A stretch of 43,319 bases of DNA from Devosia equisanguinis (GTDB taxonomy: Bacteria > Pseudomonadota > Alphaproteobacteria > Rhizobiales > Devosiaceae): NCBI GenBank assembly GCA_945888565.1, contig CAMDAL010000001.1, positions 1-43,319 of the forward strand, given 5' to 3'. Positions 9,514 through 19,606 of the stretch are shown in pieces (positions within the stretch are counted from its first letter, which is position 1; each line of letters opens with the position of its first letter). A model generated the notes under the pieces. It saw only the letters and a program-made list of their open reading frames with translations. It was not told where the DNA came from and made no database searches. The translations under genes and the position numbers were made by a program.

Positions 9514-10407
9514 ATGCAGTATGGAGCAGATCACCAGCCAGACCAGCGGGCGGCGCGGCCTCGCCGTATCATCCTCTATGGCGCCGGCTCGGCGCGCTGG
9601 CGGGAGGCGCTGAATCCGGCGAGCGGGGTCTGGGACGGTGTGCCAGGCGTAAGCGAGGTGGTGTTCGCGGAGCGGTTCTCCGACCTGCTGCGGCAGGGCT
9701 GGGGCGAAGGCCGGCGGAGCATCGTGCTGCCGCTGCGGCGACGAGCGTTGCAGCGCTTTCCCCGGCTCTGGTGGAACCTGGCGCCCAGCCGCTTCGCGCA
9801 CGACACCTGCGCCGACAAGCTGCGGTTCGACCGGTTCATACGGTCGGCCGGGATGGCCAACATGGTGCCGGCAAGCTGGCGGCTAGTGGCTGAGTGCCGC
9901 TTTCCCTGTGTGATCAAGCGCTTCGACAAGGATGGCAGTTTCGGAGTGAGGGTTGTCGGCTCGATGGATGAGCTTGCGGCGACACTCGCGGCGAAGCCGT
10001 TCCGGCGCCGGCCTGTCCTGTTTCAGGACCTGGTCGAGGGGCTGATCGACCACGCCACCCATTGCGTGGCGGTCGACGGGCGGATCGTCTGGCAGACGAG
10101 CTATGCCTACGACATCGATCCCACTACGCGGGTGCAGACGACCGCGGATCATGCCGGACGGCGGCGGATCGTAGCGTCGGCCACGGTGCTGGCGCAGTTC
10201 GAGCGGGTGCTGACGGCGCTCCGCTATAGCGGGCCGGTGTCGTTCGACTGGCGGCCGCGGGGCGAGGGGGCGGTGCTGTTCGAGATCAACCCGCGCTTCG
10301 GCGGCTCGCTGATGCTCGACATCAATCGCGACGACCTGCGGGCGGGGCTCACGGCGGTGGTGCAGCATGCGAGGCCGCCGGAGTGGGTGCCCGGCAGCCG
10401 GGGGTGA
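9514..10407 (+). CDS. ATP-grasp domain protein
   Basis: CADKLRF, FPCVIKR, GSFGVRVV, VLFQDLVEG, LFEINPRFGGS ATP-grasp motifs; start uncertain. Confidence 0.8.
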   Translation: MQYGADHQPDQRAARPRRIILYGAGSARWREALNPASGVWDGVPGVSEVVFAERFSDLLRQGWGEGRRSIVLPLRRRALQRFPRLWWNLAPSRFAHDTCADKLRFDRFIRSAGMANMVPASWRLVAECRFPCVIKRFDKDGSFGVRVVGSMDELAATLAAKPFRRRPVLFQDLVEGLIDHATHCVAVDGRIVWQTSYAYDIDPTTRVQTTADHAGRRRIVASATVLAQFERVLTALRYSGPVSFDWRPRGEGAVLFEINPRFGGSLMLDINRDDLRAGLTAVVQHARPPEWVPGSRG

Positions 10408-10423
10408 GGGGCCGGGCGGCCCC

Positions 10424-13213
10424 TCAGTATCCGTCGGCGTTGTTGCCGACGAGGATCTCGCGCTTGCCGGAGTGGTTGGCGGCGGAGATGACGCCTTCCT
10501 TTTCCATGCGCTCGATCAGGGTGGCGGCCTTGTTGTAGCCGATGGCGAGGCGGCGCTGGATGTAGGAGGTGGAGACCTTCTTGTCGGTGATCACCACGTG
10601 GACGGCCTTGTCGTAGAGCTCGCCGCCCGAGCCGCCTCCATTGCCGTACTCGTCGCCGCCGCCCGTCGCGCCGTCGTCGCCCATCTCGTCCTCGTCGGCG
10701 ACGATGGCGTCGAGGTAGTCCGGCGAGCCCTGCGACTTGAGGTGCGAAACCACCGCCTCGACTTCGCTGTCGGCGACGAACGGGCCGTGCAGGCGGCGGA
10801 TGCGGCCGCCGCCGGCCATGTAGAGCATGTCGCCGTTACCGAGCAGCTGCTCGGCACCCTGCTCGCCGAGGATGGTGCGGGAGTCGATCTTCGAGGTCAC
10901 CATGAACGAGATGCGGGTGGGGAAGTTGGCCTTGATGGTGCCGGTGATGACGTCGACCGACGGGCGCTGCGTGGCGGTGATCACGTGAATGCCAGCGGCA
11001 CGAGCCATCTGCGCGAGGCGCTGCACCGAGCCTTCGATTTCCTTGCCGGCGACCATCATCAGGTCGGCCATCTCGTCGATGATGACGACGATGAAAGGCA
11101 AGGGCTCGAGGTTGAATTCCTCGCTCTCGAAGATCGGCTCGCCGGTCTCGTGGTCGAAGCCGGTCTGCACGGTGCGGGTGATGACTTCACCCCTGGCCTT
11201 GGATTCGGTGACGCGCATGTTGAAGCCATCGATGTTGCGCACACCGATCTTGCTCATCTTGCGGTAGCGGTCCTCCATCTCGCGCACCGCCCACTTGAGG
11301 GCGACTACGGCCTTGCTCGGATCGGTCACGACCGGTGTGAGCAGGTGCGGGATGCCGTCGTAGATCGACAGTTCCAGCATCTTGGGGTCAATCATGATCA
11401 GGCGGCACTGCTCGGGGGTCATCTGGTAGAGCAGCGACAGGATGAATGTGTTGATACCGACCGACTTGCCCGAACCGGTGGTGCCGGCGATCAGCAGGTG
11501 GGGCATTTTCGCCAGGTCGGCGATGATCGGCTCGCCACCGATGGTCTTGCCGAGGCAGATCGGCAGCTTGCCCTTCATCTTCTCGAAATCGGTCGAGGCC
11601 AGCATTTCGCGCAGGTAGACGGTCTCGCGCACCTCGTTGGGCAGCTCGATGCCGATGGCGTTGCGGCCAGGGACAACGGCGACGCGGACCGAAATGGCGC
11701 TCATCGAGCGGGCGATGTCGTCGGCGAGCGAGATGACGCGGGATGACTTGATGCCGGGAGCGGGCTCGAGTTCGTACAGGGTCACCACCGGGCCGGGGCG
11801 GACATTGATGATGTCGCCCTTGACGCCGAAATCGGCGAGCACGGATTCGAGCTTGCGGGCCATGGCTTCGAGCCGCTCGGGCGCATGCTCGGGGCTGGCG
11901 CCCTTGTGGCGCGGTGGCGCCAAGAGGCTCAACTCGGGCAGCTGGAAGCCGCGGTTTTCGTCGAGCAGCGAGCCCTGGGCTTCGCGGGTGGCGCGGGTGC
12001 CGGGCTGCGGACGGGCAGCCGGCGGCGTGACGCGCGGGCTGATGGCGGGCTCGGCCTGCATCTGCGGCTGGGGAGCGGGCTGGCGCACCGGCTGCTGGGC
12101 AGCCGGCTGGCGCGAGGCCATCGGGCCGCGCAGGGGGGTCTGCATTTCCCAGCGGGGCGGCTCGGGCTCGAAATCGGCCTCGTCGGTGTCGTCCATCTCG
12201 AACGGCGCTTCGTCGTCCTCGGTCGCGTCGAAGTCTTCGGCGGGCGCGAGGTTGATGCGGCGTTCCATCTGCGGCTCGGCGCGGGCGGCGGTATAGGGGG
12301 TGCTGCCGGAGACGGTTGGCTGCACCGGGGCGCCGACCTGCGGCTGCACGTTGACCTGCGGCGCAACGCCCGGAGCTCCGTCGAGGCTCGGCTCCATGCC
12401 ATCGGTGCGGAGCACCTCGGCTTCGGCGGCGGCTGCCTTGCGAGCCGCCATGCCGGCGCGGGCGCGCTTCAGCGCGGCACCGGCGGAATAGCCCATGTGC
12501 GCGGCGGCGCCGAGGATCACGTCGAACACCGAATCGCGGTCGGCGCGATCGTCAGCGCGGGTTTCGGGGTCGACGGCCGGGGCGGATTTCGCCTTGCGCT
12601 TGCCCTTCTGCTCCGGCATCGCGACCTTGGGCATGGTCACCTTGCCAAGGCCCATGGCGAGCCAGAACAGCGCCAGCGCGGGGGCGGCGATGATGATGGC
12701 GAAGAGCGTGGCGGTGACCGGCTGCGGCTGCTCGCCGGCGACGGCAGTGGCGAGGTTGGTGAAGCCGGTACCGATCAGCCCGCCGAGCCCGGTCGGCAGC
12801 GGCCAGCTCTCGGGGGCGGCGAAGAAGGCGAACACACCGCAGGCGAGCAGGCTCGATGCCACCCAGGCCAGTACGCGCAGGCCAATCTTCGAGGGGCTGC
12901 GGAGGCGGACGAAGCACCAGCCCCAGAGCGCCAGCGGCACCAGCAGCGGCAGGATGCCGATGCCGAAGACCTGGAAGCTCAGGTCGGCAATTACCGCGCC
13001 CGGAAAGCCGAGCCAGTTCTGTGCCGGGTTGCCCGAGGCATAGCTGAGGGACGGGTCATCCACATGCCAGCTGGCAAGGGCCACCAGCACCACCGCCACC
13101 AGCCCGAGCAGGATCGCCCCGATCAGGCGGACCGGGATGCGAATCGCGATGGCAGGAGGGGCCGGGTTCCCCATGGCGGGGCGGGCGTCTTCGAGCAGGT
13201 GCTGTGCCGGCAT
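10424..13213 (-). CDS. ftsK: DNA translocase FtsK
   Basis: N-terminal TM domain, P/Q-rich linker, [13 protein letters not shown] Walker [19 protein letters not shown], gamma domain [17 protein letters not shown]. Confidence 0.97.
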   Translation of the reverse strand: MPAQHLLEDARPAMGNPAPPAIAIRIPVRLIGAILLGLVAVVLVALASWHVDDPSLSYASGNPAQNWLGFPGAVIADLSFQVFGIGILPLLVPLALWGWCFVRLRSPSKIGLRVLAWVASSLLACGVFAFFAAPESWPLPTGLGGLIGTGFTNLATAVAGEQPQPVTATLFAIIIAAPALALFWLAMGLGKVTMPKVAMPEQKGKRKAKSAPAVDPETRADDRADRDSVFDVILGAAAHMGYSAGAALKRARAGMAARKAAAAEAEVLRTDGMEPSLDGAPGVAPQVNVQPQVGAPVQPTVSGSTPYTAARAEPQMERRINLAPAEDFDATEDDEAPFEMDDTDEADFEPEPPRWEMQTPLRGPMASRQPAAQQPVRQPAPQPQMQAEPAISPRVTPPAARPQPGTRATREAQGSLLDENRGFQLPELSLLAPPRHKGASPEHAPERLEAMARKLESVLADFGVKGDIINVRPGPVVTLYELEPAPGIKSSRVISLADDIARSMSAISVRVAVVPGRNAIGIELPNEVRETVYLREMLASTDFEKMKGKLPICLGKTIGGEPIIADLAKMPHLLIAGTTGSGKSVGINTFILSLLYQMTPEQCRLIMIDPKMLELSIYDGIPHLLTPVVTDPSKAVVALKWAVREMEDRYRKMSKIGVRNIDGFNMRVTESKARGEVITRTVQTGFDHETGEPIFESEEFNLEPLPFIVVIIDEMADLMMVAGKEIEGSVQRLAQMARAAGIHVITATQRPSVDVITGTIKANFPTRISFMVTSKIDSRTILGEQGAEQLLGNGDMLYMAGGGRIRRLHGPFVADSEVEAVVSHLKSQGSPDYLDAIVADEDEMGDDGATGGGDEYGNGGGSGGELYDKAVHVVITDKKVSTSYIQRRLAIGYNKAATLIERMEKEGVISAANHSGKREILVGNNADGY

Positions 13214-13292
13214 CGGATACTCTACGCAACAGGAACATCCGGCGGACCTGACAGAGGCCACGCCGATCAAGCCGCAGATTAGGGCCTGCCGG

Positions 13293-13308
13293 TTAACGAC
13301 GGGCTAAC
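13293..13308. promoter_or_regulatory. CtrA-box-like site upstream of ftsK
   Basis: TTAA-CGACGGG-CTAAC, one mismatch to TTAA-N7-TTAA, ~80 bp before the ftsK start. Confidence 0.5.
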
Positions 13309-13398
13309 CATGCGAGCCAGCGGGCTCGACAGGACTCTCGATGTGGGGATGCAGACTGGCTGGAGCGTGGCGACTGTCGGGCGGATGCACCGAACTCC

Positions 13399-14475
13399 CT
13401 ATGGCGTCGCGGCCTTCCGGGCGAAGAAGATTTCGACTCTGGTCCCGAGGTCGGGCGACGACGACATGCTCACAGACGCATGGGCGTTCTGTCGGAGGGA
13501 CTGCACGATCAGTGCACTGAGCTTGCCGGGCTTGGGCCAGGTCAGATCAGGGTCCATTCCAACCCCATCGTCAGAGATGGTGATGCGGCAGCCGGTGTCA
13601 TCGACGAGGCTATTCAGCGAGATCGTGCCTCCTGCACGGCCGACAAAAGCATGCTTGAGCGCATTGGTCAGCAGCTCGTTGATGACAAGTCCCGTCGGCA
13701 TCGCAACGTCGAGCGAAACAGGCCATGTATCGACCTGGAGATTGAGGTGGATGCCCTCGACTGCGTGCGCTGCCATCACCGCGGAGGCAATCTGGCTGAC
13801 ATAGACGCCCAGGTCGATGCTGTCAGGCTTCGCTTCGTCCGACAGCGATCGATAGAGCAGCGCCAGCGACTCGATCCGGCCCGCAAGCTTGCTGAACCGG
13901 GCCGCCGAGTCATCGGCCGGCTGGTTCTTCGCCTCCAGCCGGATCAGGGCGGTGATCATCTGCAGATTGTTCTTCACCCGGTGCTGCAGCTCGCGCAACT
14001 GCACGTCGCGCTCCTGGATCTGCCTTGTCAGTTCCTCCTGCTGCCCGCCTCGGGCCGTAGTCTCGGCGAGGGCAACCAGGCGGAACAGCGCTACGCCGTC
14101 TTCATCCTCGATGGTGCTCGACCATGCATCGACGACAATGATCGTCTCACCGGCCCCAACGGAAAAGGTGCCGAGGTAATCGTCGCTCGACAGCAGGGCC
14201 GCGCCCAGATCGGTGCCATCGGCTGCCGATGCAACCGAGATCGGCAGGGCATTCCAGGGACGACCCTGCAGGGTTGCGCCCGACGTTCCGGTCAGGCGTT
14301 CGAATTCGAGGTTCGCGTAGGTTAGGCGTTCGGACGGATGCAGCTCGGACACGGCAACGGCGAAAGGCACATGGTCCAGAAACTGCTTGAACCGCTTGCT
14401 TTCGAGCGCATCCGCCAGGTTGGGAGTCTCGAGCAGGGCCTCGATCTGTCCGTCTTTATCTCGGTTATCGCCCAT
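13399..14475 (-). CDS. PAS-domain sensor histidine kinase, HisKA_2/HWE-type
   Basis: PAS-like N-terminus (YANLEFERLTG), ELQHRVKNNLQMI H-box, INELLTNALKHAF N-box, ISDDGVG G1 box; no TM segment. Confidence 0.9.
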   Translation of the reverse strand: MGDNRDKDGQIEALLETPNLADALESKRFKQFLDHVPFAVAVSELHPSERLTYANLEFERLTGTSGATLQGRPWNALPISVASAADGTDLGAALLSSDDYLGTFSVGAGETIIVVDAWSSTIEDEDGVALFRLVALAETTARGGQQEELTRQIQERDVQLRELQHRVKNNLQMITALIRLEAKNQPADDSAARFSKLAGRIESLALLYRSLSDEAKPDSIDLGVYVSQIASAVMAAHAVEGIHLNLQVDTWPVSLDVAMPTGLVINELLTNALKHAFVGRAGGTISLNSLVDDTGCRITISDDGVGMDPDLTWPKPGKLSALIVQSLRQNAHASVSMSSSPDLGTRVEIFFARKAATP

Positions 14476-14624
14476 ACGGTGACCTCCACGCGTTCGTATT
14501 CTGCGCGGCCCGTTCGGGAGGCCGTCGTCCTTCCCTATCAGGTTGAGCCGATGCTTGCGTAGCTACTTTGGGGAAGTGGGCCGAGCACTCGATTGCCCAG
14601 TCTCACGTGCACTGCCCATCACGC

Positions 14625-14673
14625 TTGCAAATGACTGACCAGTCAGTTATGAGCTTGCTGACCAGTGGGTCAG
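14625..14673 (+). promoter_or_regulatory. Promoter with two TetR-type operator palindromes
   Basis: TTGCAA-N17-TATGAG. Palindromes ACTGAC-CA-GTCAGT (14634-14647) and CTGACC-AGTG-GGTCAG (14658-14673) lie just before the tetR start. Confidence 0.65.
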
Positions 14674-14688
14674 TTAGGACCGGGAACG

Positions 14689-15354
14689 ATGAGCGACAGT
14701 ATACCGGAGCGGGGCCCGAAGTTTCGGAGGCGGGCGGAGGCGCGGCCCGATGAGGTGCTGGATGCGGCGCTCGAGCTGTTCATGGAGCAGGGGTTTGCGG
14801 CGACGCGGGTGGAGGACATCGCGAGGCGCGCCGGGCTGAGCAAGGGCACGGTCTATCTCTACTTTCCGTCCAAGGAGGCGGTGCTGGAGGGGTTGGTGCG
14901 GCGGGCCATCGTGCCGATCGCCGACAGCGCGCTCGAGGCGCTCGGGAGCTACGAGGGCGATCCGCGCATCGTCATTTCGACGGTGATCCGGATGATCGGG
15001 CACCGGTTCGGCGATCCGCGCATCGTTGCCATCCCCAAGGTGGTGTTCCGCGAGGTGCTGGGCTTTCCGCATCTTGCCCAGATGTACCGCACCGAGGTGC
15101 TCGACAAGGTGCTGCCGGTGGTGTCGGGGCTGATCCGGCGCGGGGTGGAGCAGGGCTACCTGCGGCAGGTCGATCCCGAGCTGACGGTGCGCTCGATCAT
15201 CGGGCCGATGCTGCTGCACCTGGTGATGGCCGAGGTGTTCGGGATCACGCCGGCGGGCGGGCTGCAGTTCGACAAGCTGGTCGACAACCACCTCAGCATT
15301 CTGTTCGACGGCCTCAGTGCGCCGCCGAGCGCGAAAACCTGGTCGAGTTCGTAA
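14689..15354 (+). CDS. TetR/AcrR-family regulator
   Basis: GFAATRVEDIARRAGLSKGTVYLYFPSKE HTH. Confidence 0.93.
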   Translation: MSDSIPERGPKFRRRAEARPDEVLDAALELFMEQGFAATRVEDIARRAGLSKGTVYLYFPSKEAVLEGLVRRAIVPIADSALEALGSYEGDPRIVISTVIRMIGHRFGDPRIVAIPKVVFREVLGFPHLAQMYRTEVLDKVLPVVSGLIRRGVEQGYLRQVDPELTVRSIIGPMLLHLVMAEVFGITPAGGLQFDKLVDNHLSILFDGLSAPPSAKTWSSS

Positions 15355-15366
15355 GGGAGTTCGGCA

Positions 15367-16326
15367 ATGGAAGCGTTTCTTGCCTCGGTACTGGCCTTCT
15401 TTGTCGGCGTGATCGCGCTGGTCATCCCCGGCTTCCGCACGGCCGAGCCGCCGCGCTGGAACGGCTATGTCGAAGCCGACTATGTCTATGCCGCGCCCCT
15501 CGGCGCCGGACAGATCGCGACGCTTGCCGTGCGGGAAGGCGATACCGTGGCGGTGGGCGACGTGCTGTTCACGCTGGGCCATGGCCAGCAGCAGGCGATG
15601 CTCGACAGCGCCGAGGCCGGGGTCGCGGTGGCGGAAGCGAACCTCGCCAACCTTACCACCGGCAGCCGGCAGGACGAGATCGATGTGATCCGGGCGACGC
15701 TGAGCAAGGCGCAGTCCGACCTGAGCCTCGCCCGGGATAACTCCGCCCGATCGGGCAAGCTGTTCGCCGAGGGCATCGTGACCCAGGCGCAGCTCGACCA
15801 GGCCCGCGCCAGCCTCGCCAGCGCCGAAGCCGCTGTGCGGCAGCTGCAGGCGCAGCTGAAGGTCGCCGAACTGCCGGCTCGCGACGCGCAAAGGCTGGCG
15901 GCCGAGGCCAATGTGGCCATGGCCAGGGCGGCGGTCGAAAAGGCCGCTTCGGAGCTTGCCGACCGGAGCGTGCTGGCGCCGGCGGCGGGGCGGATCGAGC
16001 GGCTGTTCTTTGATGCGGGCGAGGTCGCTGCGGCCGGTGCACCGGTGGTGGCGATCCTTCCCGAGGGGGCGCTCAAGGTGAAGTTCTACCTGCCCGAGGC
16101 GGTGCGGCAATCGTTCGCGCTGGGTGACAGGGTGGCCGTCAGCTGCGATGGTTGCGCGGCGGGGCTCACGGCCAGTGTCAGCTACTTTGCGGCGGACCCA
16201 CAGTTTACCCCGCCGGTGATCTACTCGCGCGACGAGCGCAGCCGTCTCAGCTTCCTCGCCGAGGCGACCCTCGATGCGGGCACGCTGCATCCTGGGCAGC
16301 CGGTGACGCTGGAGCGGCTGCCATGA
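15367..16326 (+). CDS. HlyD-family membrane fusion protein (YbhG-like)
   Basis: N-terminal TM, GYVEAD, lipoyl half-motifs, coiled coil, QFTPPVIYSRDER. Confidence 0.9.
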   Translation: MEAFLASVLAFFVGVIALVIPGFRTAEPPRWNGYVEADYVYAAPLGAGQIATLAVREGDTVAVGDVLFTLGHGQQQAMLDSAEAGVAVAEANLANLTTGSRQDEIDVIRATLSKAQSDLSLARDNSARSGKLFAEGIVTQAQLDQARASLASAEAAVRQLQAQLKVAELPARDAQRLAAEANVAMARAAVEKAASELADRSVLAPAAGRIERLFFDAGEVAAAGAPVVAILPEGALKVKFYLPEAVRQSFALGDRVAVSCDGCAAGLTASVSYFAADPQFTPPVIYSRDERSRLSFLAEATLDAGTLHPGQPVTLERLP

Positions 16327-17270
16327 CCGCTGCCGTTCCCGTGATCGAGGTGACCGGCCTTACCAAGCGTTTCGGCGAGCGGCTGGTGGTCGACGATTTC
16401 GACATATCCGTGCCGCGCGGCGCGATCTACGGCTTCCTCGGGCCGAACGGCTCGGGCAAGACCACGACCATCCGCATGCTCTGCGGCCTCCTCACCCCCG
16501 ATGCGGGCGAGGGCACCTGCCTCGGCTTCGACGTCCGCAAGCAGGCCGGGCGGATCAAGGAGCAGGTCGGCTACATGACGCAGAAGTTCTCGCTCTACGA
16601 GGACCTGTCGATCCGGGAGAACCTCGATTTCATCGGGCGCATGTACCGGCTCGACCGGCGGCGGGAACGGGTCGACCAGGCGCTCGGCGATCTCGGTCTC
16701 GCCGACCGGCAGAAGCAGCTCGCGGGGTCGCTGTCGGGCGGCTGGAAACAGCGACTGGCGCTCGCCGCCTGCCTGCTGCACGAGCCGAAACTGCTGCTGC
16801 TGGACGAGCCGACCGCCGGCGTCGACCCCAAGGCGCGGCGCGACTTCTGGGACGAGATCCGGCGGCTGTCGGCGAAGGGGGTCACGGTGCTTGTCTCGAC
16901 CCACTACATGGACGAGGCGGTGCAGTGCGATTTCATCACCTACATCGCCTATGGCAAGAAGCTGATCGACGGGCCGTCGGCGCAGATCCCCGAGCTGGTC
17001 GGGCTCGAGACCTGGCGGGTCGAAGGCGAGGGGCTGCCGGCGCTTGAAGCGCGCCTGAAAACCGAGCCGGGCGTCGAGCAGGTGGCGCGGTTCGGCACGG
17101 TGCTGCATGTTTCGGGCACCGACAAGGAGGCTTTGCGCGCTACCATGAAACGCCTTGAAGCGGCGGGGACGCAGCGCTGGAGCCTGCAGGTGGCGGGGCT
17201 GGAGGAGGCGTTCATCTACCTGATGGCCGGCGCGCGGGACAATTTCTCCGCCCAGCCGAAGGCGGCGTGA
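16323..17270 (+). CDS. ABC exporter ATP-binding protein (YbhF-like)
   Basis: GPNGSGKT, LSGGWKQR, LLLDEPTAGVD; ATGA overlap with the upstream gene. Confidence 0.93.
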   Translation: MTAAVPVIEVTGLTKRFGERLVVDDFDISVPRGAIYGFLGPNGSGKTTTIRMLCGLLTPDAGEGTCLGFDVRKQAGRIKEQVGYMTQKFSLYEDLSIRENLDFIGRMYRLDRRRERVDQALGDLGLADRQKQLAGSLSGGWKQRLALAACLLHEPKLLLLDEPTAGVDPKARRDFWDEIRRLSAKGVTVLVSTHYMDEAVQCDFITYIAYGKKLIDGPSAQIPELVGLETWRVEGEGLPALEARLKTEPGVEQVARFGTVLHVSGTDKEALRATMKRLEAAGTQRWSLQVAGLEEAFIYLMAGARDNFSAQPKAA

Positions 17271-17271
17271 G

Positions 17272-18402
17272 ATGGCCGCGCTGTCGCTCAGGCGCTTCGG
17301 TGCGGTGCTCTACAAGGAGTTCATCCAGATGCGGCGCGACCGCATCACCTTCGGCATGATGATCGGGCTGCCGATCATCCAGCTGATGCTGTTCGGCTTC
17401 GCCATCAACTCCGACCCGCGTCATCTGCCGACGCTGGTGGAGATGAACGACAACGGTCCGCTGAGCCGGGCGGTGATCGCGGGGATGCAGAATTCGTCCT
17501 ACTTCGACTTCCGGGGCCCGGTGTCGGGCGTCGCCGAGGGCGAGGAGGCGCTGCGCAAGGGCGAAGCGAATTTCGTCATCGTCATCCCCGAGAACTTCGA
17601 GCGCGACGTGGTGCGCGGACGGAACCCGCAGATCCTAGTTGCCGCCGATGCCTCGGACCCGTCGGCGACCGGCGGGGCGGTGGCGGCGCTGTCGGGCATC
17701 GTCTCGGTGGCCGTGGCGGAGACGCTGACCGGGCCGCTGGCGAAGCCGGCGAGCGGGGCGCCATTCGGTGTCGTCGTCCACCGCGAGTACAATCCGGAGG
17801 GCAAGACCTCGGTCAATATCGTGCCGGGCCTGCTCGGCATCATCCTCAGCATGACCATGGTGATGATCACCGCTGTCGCCATCGTCAAGGAGACCGAGCG
17901 CGGCACCATGGAGATGCTGATCTCAACGCCGGTGCGGCCGCTCGAGGTGATGCTGGGCAAGATCCTGCCCTATGTCTTCGTCGGTTATGTGCAGACGGCG
18001 GTGTTCCTGCTGGCTGCCATGCTGATCTTCGCCGTGCCGTTCGAGGGCAGCCTGTGGGCCTTTTTCGTCGGCTTCAACCTGTTCATCGTCGTCAACCTGG
18101 CGCTCGGCTTCCTGATCTCGACGGCGGCGAAAAACCAGATGCAGGCGATGCAGCTCAGCTTTTTCACCATCCTGCCGTCGATCCTGCTGTCGGGCTTCAT
18201 GTTCCCGTTCGCCGGGATGCCGGGCTGGGCGCAGTTCATCGGCGAAGGCGTGCCGGCGACACATTTCCTGCAGATCGTCCGCAAGGTGATGCTGAAGGGC
18301 GGCGAACTGGGCGACGTGACCACCGAACTCTGGGCGTTGCTGGCGATCCTCGTGGTGATCTCCGCCGTCGCCATGCTGCGCTATCGGCAGACGCTTGACT
18401 GA
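17272..18402 (+). CDS. ABC-2 type permease (YbhR/S-like)
   Basis: KEFIQMRRDR, VPGLLG, KETERGTMEMLISTP, LSGFMFP; multiple TM segments. Confidence 0.92.
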   Translation: MAALSLRRFGAVLYKEFIQMRRDRITFGMMIGLPIIQLMLFGFAINSDPRHLPTLVEMNDNGPLSRAVIAGMQNSSYFDFRGPVSGVAEGEEALRKGEANFVIVIPENFERDVVRGRNPQILVAADASDPSATGGAVAALSGIVSVAVAETLTGPLAKPASGAPFGVVVHREYNPEGKTSVNIVPGLLGIILSMTMVMITAVAIVKETERGTMEMLISTPVRPLEVMLGKILPYVFVGYVQTAVFLLAAMLIFAVPFEGSLWAFFVGFNLFIVVNLALGFLISTAAKNQMQAMQLSFFTILPSILLSGFMFPFAGMPGWAQFIGEGVPATHFLQIVRKVMLKGGELGDVTTELWALLAILVVISAVAMLRYRQTLD

Positions 18403-18495
18403 GTACGTGAAAGACTTGCTGTTGCAGTTTTGCACCAGACGAGTCGTTCATCGCCTGCTAACCATGCTGTACTCACGATTGCGTCGGTGGGGATT

Positions 18496-19485
18496 ATGGG
18501 GCGTTTTCTTTTTTCGGCCGGAATTGCGGCAGCGGTTTTGCTTGCGGGTGCCAGCGCACAGGCCGCAGGGGTCTCGGACCAGCATCGGTCGACCTCCGTC
18601 ATCGGCGGCTATGCCGGAGTTATCCAGACCGAACTCGACAACCCCGAGGTTGGCTTCAACGAGAGCGCCGAGGGCTACCTCGTCGGTCTCGATGCATATT
18701 TCAACACTTGGCTTTCCAGCAATTTTGCCACTCAGTTCGATCTGAACGCGCGCTTCACCGGCGGGCAGGAGTTCGAGCCGGGGGTGGTCAGCTACGGCGA
18801 GTCCTTTTCGGGCGGCGTGCATGTCGCCTATCGCGACCCCGAGAAGTTCGCGCTTGGCGTCTTCGGCGCGGCGCAAAAGGCCGGCTACCACACCGAGTTC
18901 GGCGATGGCTTCGCGCCCGGCATCGGCCTCGTGGGTGTCGAGGGCCAAGCCTATGTAGACGACCTGACCATCTACCTGCAGGCCGGCGTAGCACAGGGTG
19001 ATCGCGTCGATGTCGGCGGTGGCGCCTTCTATCGCGACTATGGCCAGTTCAAGTTCGTCCGCGGCGTTCTTCGCTACTTCCTCAACGACAACCTCAAGCT
19101 CTCGGCCGAAGCGAGCTATTCGGAGGGCGAGATCGGCTACTATGCCTTCAATGGCGTTTATGTCGGCACCGAAGTTCCGGTATCGATTGCCACGATCAAG
19201 CTCGGCGTCGACTGGCGTCCCGACGGTTCGGACGCCAGCTTCTTTGCCGCCTACGAGGCGAGCCTCAACAGTCAGTCGATCTCGGGCGTCGACCGCTCAT
19301 CGATCGACCATCGCCTGCTTGCCGGCCTGAAGATCGACTTCGCCGCCGAGACGCTCAAGGCGCGAGACCGCGAGGGCGTTACCTGGGACCTGCCGCAACT
19401 GGCGGACGGCATCGCGCAGGGCAACAACCTCAACTATTGCTTCATCGGTGACTGTTTCCCGAACAACGTGCCGCTGCCGCCGTAA
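18496..19485 (+). CDS. Secreted hypothetical protein, predicted outer-membrane beta-barrel
   Basis: Signal peptide ending AQA; alternating aromatic/Gly-rich amphipathic strands. Confidence 0.7.
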   Translation: MGRFLFSAGIAAAVLLAGASAQAAGVSDQHRSTSVIGGYAGVIQTELDNPEVGFNESAEGYLVGLDAYFNTWLSSNFATQFDLNARFTGGQEFEPGVVSYGESFSGGVHVAYRDPEKFALGVFGAAQKAGYHTEFGDGFAPGIGLVGVEGQAYVDDLTIYLQAGVAQGDRVDVGGGAFYRDYGQFKFVRGVLRYFLNDNLKLSAEASYSEGEIGYYAFNGVYVGTEVPVSIATIKLGVDWRPDGSDASFFAAYEASLNSQSISGVDRSSIDHRLLAGLKIDFAAETLKARDREGVTWDLPQLADGIAQGNNLNYCFIGDCFPNNVPLPP

Positions 19486-19518
19486 CCGGCTCGGCGTCAA
19501 CTCCCCCACGCAACAGTG

Positions 19519-19555
19519 AGCAAGGCCCGTCGGCTTCCAGTCGGCGGGCCTTGCT
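19519..19555 (+). terminator. Putative intrinsic terminator
   Basis: AGCAAGGCCCG...CGGGCCTTGCT stem after the beta-barrel gene. Confidence 0.6.
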
Positions 19556-19606
19556 TCGTGGTGGGGGCAGGCGCATCTGAGGGCAAGTGAGTGACGGAGT
19601 GATCAG

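Noticed and set aside
10977-10992. GTGATCACGTGAATGC, a further parS-like core
   Set aside because: Poor flanks, and explained by the conserved FtsK peptide GIHVI.
11960-12420. Pro/Gln-rich low-complexity repeats in ftsK
   Set aside because: Normal FtsK linker.
10367-13282. 459-aa and 465-aa plus-strand ORFs
   Set aside because: Antisense shadows of ftsK.
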